From positions 1 to 18,830 of the forward strand of contig CBFGJN010000036.1 of assembly GCA_965649115.1 (NCBI GenBank): a stretch of DNA of 18,830 bases, written 5' to 3'. The notes under the pieces are model-generated. The model did no database searches. It was not told the DNA's origin and was given only the letters and a program-made list of their open reading frames with translations. The stretch is from a candidate division WOR-3 bacterium. GTDB taxonomy: Bacteria; Hydrothermota; Hydrothermia; LBFQ01; DSFT01. Both the position numbers and the translations under genes were made by a program. Numbering within the stretch: the stretch's first letter is position 1; each line of letters starts with the position of its first letter. Positions 1 to 6,855 of this stretch are shown piece after piece.

Positions 1-126
1 ATACCCATTTTTTGCCTTTGGGGGGCAGAGCCCCCCTAATAATCCCCCCATAAAATCTATAATTTCATTAAAAATTTTATAAATTATTGATTATCAATCG
101 CTTAACAATAATTATTGGACAAAGCA
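1..126 (+). mobile_element. MITE-like repeat, copy Z (left part cut by the window edge)
   Basis: Aligns by eye with 4706-4831. Contains the GGGGGGC-AGA-GCCCCCC hairpin (20-36), the double IHF-like box (80-104) and the right TIR AATTATTGGACAAAGCA (110-126). Confidence 0.85.
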
Positions 127-135
127 TAATTATGA

Positions 136-152
136 TGGTGTGTCCAATAATA
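136..152 (+). repeat. Solo left-TIR-like sequence 9 bp after copy Z
   Basis: TGGTGTGTCCAATAATA matches the reverse complement of 110-126 (TGCTTTGTCCAATAATT) at 14/17 positions. Confidence 0.7.
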
Positions 153-155
153 AAG

Positions 156-1085
156 TTATTTTGAAATATCTGGTGTTCTACTTAAAGCATATAAGTATTC
201 TTGAACCCAACCTGCCCAATTACCATATTTTTTTCTAAAAAAATTCCCAATTATTTTATAAGTTCTATCTGTTAAAGTTTTACTTTCCTTTAAATTCAGG
301 TGATTTTTGTATAATTTAAAAACAACATTTTTAATATGGACATCTATTGGAAAGGCGTTATCAAAATCAAGTGAAAATAATAAAATACAATCAGCTATTT
401 TTCTTCCTATTCCTTTTATAGATATTAACTTTTGATGAGCTTCTTCATATGTTAAGTTTCTCAAACTATATAAATCAAAACCATTTAAAACAATTTTTGA
501 GAATTCAATTGCAGTTATAATTCTATTTTCAAATCTAACAGGTAAATGTTTTAGTTCATCATAACTTAATTTTGATATAAATTTTGCATCAGGGAAAATT
601 AGACTTTCTGAAAATTTTTTTGATAAAAGATAGACACATTTTGATATATTATAAACTGTATTTTGAGCTGAGAAAATAAATGTTATTGCAGTTTCAAATG
701 GTTCTTGTCTTAAAATTCTAATTCCTCTATGAATGAGAGCATTTTTCAAAATTTCGTCTTTTTCCATGATTCTATAAAGTTCGGTTATATCTTTATCAAA
801 TTTGAAATAAAAATTCAAAAAATCGCTTATATTTAAATAAGTTTTTAATTGTGGAATATAAAACATTTCAGAAGATGATTTATAAAATAAATAATTTTTT
901 TCTTGTTTTAAGCCTAAAAAGTTTCCATAAACAATTCCATAAATAAAACCATCTTTGTCTAACTTTGCATATTTGAAATTTCCATTTTCATATAAACCCC
1001 AACGAAATGTTTGACCACAAGTAAGTGTCTTATATAAATCTAAATCATTTGGAATTTTAAATTTTCCTTCAATCATATTTTCCAA
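156..1085 (-). CDS. 8-oxoguanine DNA glycosylase (Ogg1-like, HhH-GPD superfamily)
   Basis: N-terminal LDLYKTLTCGQTFRW, GIRILRQEPFE, helix-hairpin-helix LISIKGIGRKIADC, FPIDVHI with the catalytic Asp, and C-terminal AGWVQEYLY. The start may be the second Met (1076). Confidence 0.88.
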   Translation of the reverse strand: MENMIEGKFKIPNDLDLYKTLTCGQTFRWGLYENGNFKYAKLDKDGFIYGIVYGNFLGLKQEKNYLFYKSSSEMFYIPQLKTYLNISDFLNFYFKFDKDITELYRIMEKDEILKNALIHRGIRILRQEPFETAITFIFSAQNTVYNISKCVYLLSKKFSESLIFPDAKFISKLSYDELKHLPVRFENRIITAIEFSKIVLNGFDLYSLRNLTYEEAHQKLISIKGIGRKIADCILLFSLDFDNAFPIDVHIKNVVFKLYKNHLNLKESKTLTDRTYKIIGNFFRKKYGNWAGWVQEYLYALSRTPDISK

Positions 1086-2338
1086 TCCAATTTTAAAACT
1101 TCTTCAATACCAAGAATTTCAATAATTTCTTTTTCTTCAATATAGAATTTTTTAAGTTTTTCTTCAAGCCAACCTCCTCCAATAAATGTCCTTAAATCAT
1201 CAAGAATTAATGAAGATATTTCAATGAAGCCTTCAAACAATAAATAAGGATTTTTTTCCAAGGATATTGGTTTTAAAATACCTTCTCTGACTTCAAAAAG
1301 ACTTGAAAATTCAGTATTTTTTACATATTTCTCAAATGTTTTTTGAGCGACTTTTTTTCCAATTTTATTAACAATTTCGTTATTTAGCTTATTCCATTTA
1401 CTTATAAATTTTTCAATTTCTTCTCTTGTTGGAACTTTAATTCCCATTTTATATAGTTCTCCTTCGGGCAGTTTAGCAAATTTATAAATTTTAGCAAATT
1501 TTAGGTCTAAACTTGTTGGAAATTCAATATATCTTACAATTTCATCAATTTTTAAAACACTTTTAATTTCACCCATTTGAAAATCTATTAAAATCCTTAT
1601 ATTCCCATTTAGCCAAATAACTCCATTAAACAAATTTATTTTAGCATCTTCAATTAACTCTTCTAAATTTATTACATTAGGATCAATACCAGATATTAAA
1701 ACCTTGTTTATAAATAGTGTTATAATGGAATAGGCAATTTCATTTTCAAAATTGTAGAGCAAAATTTGGTTTTGTTCATTTATAATCTCTTTAATTAGAT
1801 AATAGTTTTTTATTCTTTGAGATGGTGGGAAGTTTGACCAACCACTTAAAATCCTACCCTTATAAAATATAAGGACATTATTTGAGGGTTTAATTCTTAG
1901 AAAACCACTCAATTCACCAATCTGAATATCACCTAAAATTTCTTCAAGTGTATTTATGCCTCCATCAATTATTCTATATGGAAGTAATTTTGTTGTTTTT
2001 GGAGCTTCTAAAATAATTGTTTTTTTGGTAGTTTGCTTTTCTTCTTTTTTTGTTTCTTTTATTTCATATTCAATATCACTCATTTTTGAGAATGTTTCTT
2101 TATCTTTATCAGTTAGTGTCTTAATTAAGCATGTTCCCTGTCCCCAAATTTTTATTTTTTCTAATTCACCTTTACCATAACCCCAAGTGCTATCTATGTG
2201 TTTTATCTTCCCTTCAATTAAAACAACCCTAACAATTCCACCATTAGGTCCTAAAAATACTAATGAACCAGTAAATTTTTCATTAATAGCCTTTTCTAGA
2301 ATTTTTTCAAAATTAGCTTGAATAGATTTCTGAGCCAT
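1073..2338 (-). CDS. Hypothetical protein with repeated DUF4388/PATAN-like modules
   Basis: Long ORF (track 1073..2374). The likely start is MAQKS at 2338, which reduces the overlap with the ABC gene. Three similar segments: EKFTGSLVF..LIEGKI, GELSGFLRI..FYKGRI and NLFNGVIWL..FQMGEI. The domain call is an inference. Confidence 0.55.
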   Translation of the reverse strand: MAQKSIQANFEKILEKAINEKFTGSLVFLGPNGGIVRVVLIEGKIKHIDSTWGYGKGELEKIKIWGQGTCLIKTLTDKDKETFSKMSDIEYEIKETKKEEKQTTKKTIILEAPKTTKLLPYRIIDGGINTLEEILGDIQIGELSGFLRIKPSNNVLIFYKGRILSGWSNFPPSQRIKNYYLIKEIINEQNQILLYNFENEIAYSIITLFINKVLISGIDPNVINLEELIEDAKINLFNGVIWLNGNIRILIDFQMGEIKSVLKIDEIVRYIEFPTSLDLKFAKIYKFAKLPEGELYKMGIKVPTREEIEKFISKWNKLNNEIVNKIGKKVAQKTFEKYVKNTEFSSLFEVREGILKPISLEKNPYLLFEGFIEISSLILDDLRTFIGGGWLEEKLKKFYIEEKEIIEILGIEEVLKLDWKI

Positions 2339-4031
2339 ATTTCTGCATACTATATGTATTATAGTAAAATCCACCTAATTTCATTAGTTCATCATGTGTT
2401 CCAATTTCTATTATTCTTCCATTTTCAAGAACAATAATGAAATCACAATCCATAACAGCAGAAATTTTATGAGATACAATAATAACTGTTTTATCTTTCA
2501 TATAGTTTTGTAGATTCTTCAATATATTATTTTCAGTTTCATTATCAACTGCAGATAAGGTATCGTCAAGAAGTAAAATTTTAGGTTTTTTTATTAAAGC
2601 TCTTGCAAGTGCTAATCTTTGTTTTTGACCACCACTTAATGTGATGCCTCTTTCACCTATTATTGTATCTAAGCCATAAGGTAATTTTTCAATTTCTTTT
2701 TTAATATCTGCTAGTTCAAGAGCTTCCCATATTTCTTTATCATTTGCATTTGGGTTTCCTATTAAGATGTTTTCTCTTATTGTAGTTGAAAATAAATAAC
2801 TTTCTTGTGGAACATAAGCAATTTCATTTCTTAATGTAGTTAAATCCCAATCATTTATATCAATTCCATCAATAAAGACGCTATTCTTTGGAGGGTTATA
2901 TAATCTAATTAAAATTTTTAAAATTGTTGATTTTCCAGAACCAATTCTCCCAATTATTCCTACCTTTTGACCTTCTTTTATTTCAAAATTAATGTTATCT
3001 AAAACTTTTTTGTTATCATAATAAAATGTTAAGTTTGAAAATCTAATGTTCCCTATCATTGATCCTTTATAGCTATTTGGTTTTGAAAAAACTTCTGGTT
3101 TTTCATTTAGTAATTCAATTACTCTTTTATATGATGCTATTCCTCTTTGAAATAGATTTATACTCCAACCAATTGCAAGCATTGGCCAAATTAACATATT
3201 TAAATAAGCAAAAAATGCTGTTATTTTTCCAATTGTTATTTCTCCTTTTATTACCCAATAACCACCAAAGCATAAAACAATAATAATTGAAATCCCAGCA
3301 AGAATTCTAATTAATGGTTCATATAATCCCCAACTTCTTGCCAATTCCATATTAGCTTTTAAATAATTTAAACTAATTTTCTTGAAATTTCTTGAAAATT
3401 CATCTTCTCGTGTATATGCCTTAACAACATTAATACCTTCAAGTGTTTCTCTTGCGTTTTCGGATAAGTCTCCAAATATATCTTGAACTTTTCTAAATTT
3501 TTTTTCAATAATTCTACCAAGAACAAAAGAGATAGGAGCTAATAAAATGAGTGGAATTATACTTATTAGTGTTAATTTATAAGAAATTAAAAACATTGCA
3601 ACTATTGAAAATGATGTATAAATTATTGCATCTGATAGTGAAACAATACCCATAGATAATGCCATTCTTATAGCTTCTAAGTCATTCGTTGCTTTTGCCA
3701 TAATATCACCTGTTCTATTTTCATTAAAATATCCAACATGTAATTTTAAAACATGCTCGTAAATTTTTTTTCTTAAATCTCTTTCAATTTCTCTTGCTGC
3801 TCCAACAATGAAAAATCTCCAAAAGAATCTAAGAAAAGCAACGCCAAGTGCAATTGAAATTAAAATTATTAAGTAATTAAATAGTTCTTTTGGGGTTATT
3901 TCCAATTTTGCTATTTTATCAATAACAACTGCTATAATAATTGGGACGATTAATTGTCCTAAATCTACTATAACTAAAATTATTGAACCTGTTAAATACT
4001 TTTTCCATCTTAATTTTATAAGTTCTATCAT
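2313..4031 (-). CDS. ABC exporter, fused permease/ATPase (MdlA/YheI-like)
   Basis: N-terminal TM domain with RTGDIMAKATNDL, Walker A GRIGSGKST, signature LSGGQKQR, Walker B LLLDD (the degenerate D is typical of MdlA/YheI) and H-loop VSHK. Confidence 0.92.
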   Translation of the reverse strand: MIELIKLRWKKYLTGSIILVIVDLGQLIVPIIIAVVIDKIAKLEITPKELFNYLIILISIALGVAFLRFFWRFFIVGAAREIERDLRKKIYEHVLKLHVGYFNENRTGDIMAKATNDLEAIRMALSMGIVSLSDAIIYTSFSIVAMFLISYKLTLISIIPLILLAPISFVLGRIIEKKFRKVQDIFGDLSENARETLEGINVVKAYTREDEFSRNFKKISLNYLKANMELARSWGLYEPLIRILAGISIIIVLCFGGYWVIKGEITIGKITAFFAYLNMLIWPMLAIGWSINLFQRGIASYKRVIELLNEKPEVFSKPNSYKGSMIGNIRFSNLTFYYDNKKVLDNINFEIKEGQKVGIIGRIGSGKSTILKILIRLYNPPKNSVFIDGIDINDWDLTTLRNEIAYVPQESYLFSTTIRENILIGNPNANDKEIWEALELADIKKEIEKLPYGLDTIIGERGITLSGGQKQRLALARALIKKPKILLLDDTLSAVDNETENNILKNLQNYMKDKTVIIVSHKISAVMDCDFIIVLENGRIIEIGTHDELMKLGGFYYNTYSMQKYGSEIYSS

Positions 4032-4040
4032 AAAAAATAA

Positions 4041-4238
4041 TTATTCTTCTTCTCTCTTTAATCTTCTAAGCCATCTCCTTCTCGCTGCTAACATTTCTTT
4101 TTTCTTAACCTCTGATGGTTTTTCATAAACCATAGCTTTCTTAGCTTCTTGTAAAATTCCCTCTCTCATAACAACCTTTCTAAATCTTTTTATTAAGCTT
4201 TCAAAGTTCTCACCATCTTTTAAAATTACACCTGCCAT
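4041..4238 (-). CDS. rpsU: 30S ribosomal protein S21
   Basis: 65 aa with ENFESLIKRFRKVVMREGILQE...YEKPSE. Strong SD AAGGAGGT upstream on the minus strand. Confidence 0.95.
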   Translation of the reverse strand: MAGVILKDGENFESLIKRFRKVVMREGILQEAKKAMVYEKPSEVKKKEMLAARRRWLRRLKREEE

Positions 4239-4254
4239 ACTTTACCTCCTTTTT

Positions 4255-4587
4255 TTATCCAGGTGGCCATGAGAATTTTCTGCCTCCTAAAAGGTGAAAG
4301 TGAACATGGTATATGCTCTGTAAAGCATCCGGACCAACATTATTAACAATTCTAAAAGATTTTAAATTTAATTTCTCTGAAACTTTCCTTATCGTTTCAA
4401 ATATACCTTTCATAATTTCACTATCATCTAATTCCAAAATTGTTGGAATGTGTTTTTTGGGAATTATTAAAATATGATATGGTGCTTGTGGATTGATGTC
4501 TTTAATTGCGATAGAAATATCATCCTCATATACAATTTCAGAATTTATCTCCTTATTTATAATTTTACAAAATACACAATCATTCAT
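4255..4587 (-). CDS. Histidine triad (HIT) nucleotide-binding protein, HinT/PKCI-like
   Basis: DCVFCKII, DINPQAPYHILIIPKKH, HVHFHLLGGR and C-terminal WPPG. The likely start is MNDCVFC at 4587, not the track's 4623. Confidence 0.93.
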   Translation of the reverse strand: MNDCVFCKIINKEINSEIVYEDDISIAIKDINPQAPYHILIIPKKHIPTILELDDSEIMKGIFETIRKVSEKLNLKSFRIVNNVGPDALQSIYHVHFHLLGGRKFSWPPG

Positions 4588-4626
4588 AAGCTCTGAAAAT
4601 TTTAAAGGATAAAAAATTTTCATTTT

Positions 4627-4831
4627 TGCTGTGTCTAGTAATTCTGAAATATAGATTATTTCTTATTTTGCCCGCCCACCCTGAAAATAAGGCTTCGCCT
4701 TATAAATACCCATTTTTCGGCTATGGGGGGGCAAAGCCCCCCTTAATCCCCCCCATTATTTCAAGTATTTCAATGAATTTTTTATAAGTGATTGATTATC
4801 AATCACTTAACAATAATTACTGGACAAAGCA
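4627..4831 (+). mobile_element. MITE-like repeat, intact copy A (205 bp, 17-bp TIRs, 9-bp TSD)
   Basis: Left TIR TGCTGTGTCTAGTAATT (4627-4643) and right TIR AATTACTGGACAAAGCA (4815-4831) are complementary at 15/17 positions. The identical direct repeat TTTCATTTT lies at 4618-4626 and 4832-4840. No ORF. Confidence 0.9.
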
Positions 4832-4840
4832 TTTCATTTT

Positions 4841-5012
4841 TGCTTTGTCTAATAGTTCTGAAAATATGATTATTTCTATTTTTTGCCTACCTACCCAAAA
4901 ATAAACTTTTGGCTTTAAAAAGCCCTATCTTATGCCTTATTTCAAGCATTTTATTTGACAAAACAAAATATAAAATAAGTGATTTTTTTAAAAGAAAGTT
5001 TATAAATTATTG
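4841..5012 (+). mobile_element. MITE-like repeat, degenerate copy B (right end lost)
   Basis: Starts TGCTTTGTCTAATAGTTCTGAAA, contains TTTTGCCTACCTACCC, and ends at TTTATAAATTATTG, which is half of the IHF-like box. Confidence 0.8.
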
Positions 5013-5157
5013 TCTAATAGTTCCAAAAACATAATTATTTTTTACATTTTATCCGCCCACCCTAAAATTAAGCCTACAGCTTATAAACTAACACCCCATA
5101 TAAACCCCAAATAAATCAAAGTTTTCCTTAAAAATTTATAAATTATTTTGATAATCA
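5008..5157 (+). mobile_element. MITE-like repeat, degenerate copy C (both ends clipped)
   Basis: TATTGTCTAATAGTTCC...ATCCGCCCACCCTAAAATTAAGCCTACAGCTTATAAA...TTTATAAATTATTTTGATAATCA. It abuts the methyltransferase stop codon. Confidence 0.8.
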
Positions 5158-5973
5158 CTATTTTTTCATTTTCTTGTCCCAAAGTCCCATTGATTTCCTA
5201 TCTTTAAAAGTTAGTTCAATTTTATGCTGTGAAATTTCTTTCAATACTCGCATTTTTTCTTTTTCAGCATTTTCAATCCGCTTTATTGCATATTCAACAT
5301 ATTCTTGTGATATGTCAATTCCTATGTAGTCGTGTCCCAGAAGTTTTGCCGCAACACAAGTCGTTCCCGTTCCGCAAAATGGGTCTATGACAATCCCTTT
5401 TTCATTGAGTATTGAGTAAATAATTCTTGCGGGGAGTTCTACCGGAAAAACAGCTGGATGTTCCTTATGACCGCTTTCGGGCCTTATATACCAAACGGAA
5501 GTAAATTTCGCATGTTCTGGTTTTAATTCTTTTGGCTTGCCCTTTACAAGCCAGTAAATTCTCTCATCAACTTGCCAGAATCTCCATCCCCTTATATTCC
5601 CTGCTATTTTTCTGTTCCACACAATTTCCTGCCATATATTCCATTTTGTTTTAGTAAGCCATGAAATCGGATGGAGCATTTTCCCTTCTTCATAGCGAAT
5701 TTTGTGATTGTAAAAGAAGCTCCCGCCATCTTTTGTAACTCTATAAACTTCGTCAAGAACTTCAATTTGCCACTTTTGATACTCTTCCTCATCAATTTTA
5801 TCTTTTGCTCCTTTGTAAATAACTTTATCAACGAGCCAGCCACCATATTTTTCTTTTTTGTTGTAAGGTGGAGATGTAATCCCAAGGTCAATGCTGTTTG
5901 AAGGAATCTGGCGAAGGACCTCTAAAACATCACCACAAATGATTTTGTTTAAAAAATCTTTTAAATCTCCCAT
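5158..5973 (-). CDS. Site-specific DNA methyltransferase, beta class (N4-cytosine/N6-adenine)
   Basis: Motif IV TSPPY near the N-terminus, HPAVFP, and motif I DPFCGTGTT near the C-terminus (beta order). SD GAAAGGAGA upstream. Confidence 0.93.
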   Translation of the reverse strand: MGDLKDFLNKIICGDVLEVLRQIPSNSIDLGITSPPYNKKEKYGGWLVDKVIYKGAKDKIDEEEYQKWQIEVLDEVYRVTKDGGSFFYNHKIRYEEGKMLHPISWLTKTKWNIWQEIVWNRKIAGNIRGWRFWQVDERIYWLVKGKPKELKPEHAKFTSVWYIRPESGHKEHPAVFPVELPARIIYSILNEKGIVIDPFCGTGTTCVAAKLLGHDYIGIDISQEYVEYAIKRIENAEKEKMRVLKEISQHKIELTFKDRKSMGLWDKKMKK

Positions 5974-5979
5974 AAAACT

Positions 5980-6618
5980 TTATCTCCTTTCCTTTAAAAA
6001 ATTGTAAATATCCCTTGTTAGAAATTTTTTGAACTCATTAATTTTTTCGGTACAAAAAACAACTTTCAAATCTTTGCAATCTTTATAATGCTTAAATGAA
6101 AATGAAGCAGACCTCAGATACTCTCCTTTTTTCCTTGCCGAAGGGAACCTTTTTTCTAATTGCATCCTCAACCTTTCTTTGATACACTCAAATGGAAATT
6201 CAAAAACATAAATAAGCTTACCCCCAACAAAACCACTTGAAAGTATCATCAAATTTTGTTTTGAATCTTTTTCAAATCTTTCCTTTGTATAATCATTAAA
6301 ACTACCACCACCATCCAATTTTCTCTTGTGTGTTATGGTATTTTGAGGTTTAACTTCGCAGAAAATCTTTCCCTTTTGACCAATTTCAAGTTTGTAGCCA
6401 TTGTAACCTAATTTCTCCTCCAGTGGTTCATATCCGGCAATTTTCAAAGTCAGAATTTCTCTTAATTTAGAGGAATTTTTGTCGTTTATATAGATAGTTA
6501 CAAAATCAATAAGAGTTGAGATTAAAGCCGGTTTTGAAAGTCCATTTAGAAACCTGACAAGCTCTTCAAATCCTGTTGTTGCATATAATTCAATTATCTT
6601 ATATAAGTTTTGATTCAT
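5980..6618 (-). CDS. Putative type II restriction endonuclease (PD-(D/E)xK-like)
   Basis: 212 aa, co-oriented with and 6 bp from the MTase. Candidate catalytic motif GYNGY...CEVKP. The function is inferred from context. Confidence 0.5.
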   Translation of the reverse strand: MNQNLYKIIELYATTGFEELVRFLNGLSKPALISTLIDFVTIYINDKNSSKLREILTLKIAGYEPLEEKLGYNGYKLEIGQKGKIFCEVKPQNTITHKRKLDGGGSFNDYTKERFEKDSKQNLMILSSGFVGGKLIYVFEFPFECIKERLRMQLEKRFPSARKKGEYLRSASFSFKHYKDCKDLKVVFCTEKINEFKKFLTRDIYNFLKERR

Positions 6619-6647
6619 GTTGATAAAATTTTAAAGTTCAAAATTCT

Positions 6648-6820
6648 TGCTGTGTTGCTGTATCTAGATAATTCTAAGAATATATATATTTTTCTATGTT
6701 TTCCACACCCGCCCTGAATTCAGGCCTTCGGCTTATACCTTTAAGGTGCCTATATTTCGGCTTGGGGGGCTCAGCCCCCCTTAAACCCCTTATAAAATCT
6801 GCTTATAAATGCTCATTAAA
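6648..6820 (+). mobile_element. MITE-like repeat, copy D (right TIR lost)
   Basis: TGCTGTGT followed by TGCTGTATCTAGATAATTCT (TIR start duplicated), then CACCCGCCCTGAA, AGGCCTTCGGCTT (6722-6734) and GGGGGGCTCAGCCCCCC (6764-6780). The right boundary is approximate. Confidence 0.85.
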
Positions 6821-6842
6821 TCTACAATATATTTAAATCCTT

Positions 6843-6848
6843 TAAAAT
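6843..6848 (+). promoter_or_regulatory. Putative -10 box (TAAAAT) of a leaderless transcript
   Basis: TAAAAT lies 7 nt before the ATG at 6856 with no SD. The same geometry occurs at several other operon-first genes. Confidence 0.55.
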
Positions 6849-6855
6849 TTTTAAG

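Noticed and set aside
4588..4623. N-terminal extension of the HIT protein in the ORF track
   Set aside because: It runs through the putative -10 box and the element's TSD, and HIT proteins normally begin at the M-x-DC-x-FC motif.
4627..5157. CRISPR array or integron attC cassette array
   Set aside because: The units are about 150-205 bp with TIRs and a TSD. There are no regular short repeats with unique spacers, no cas or integrase gene, and no one-gene-per-repeat spacing.
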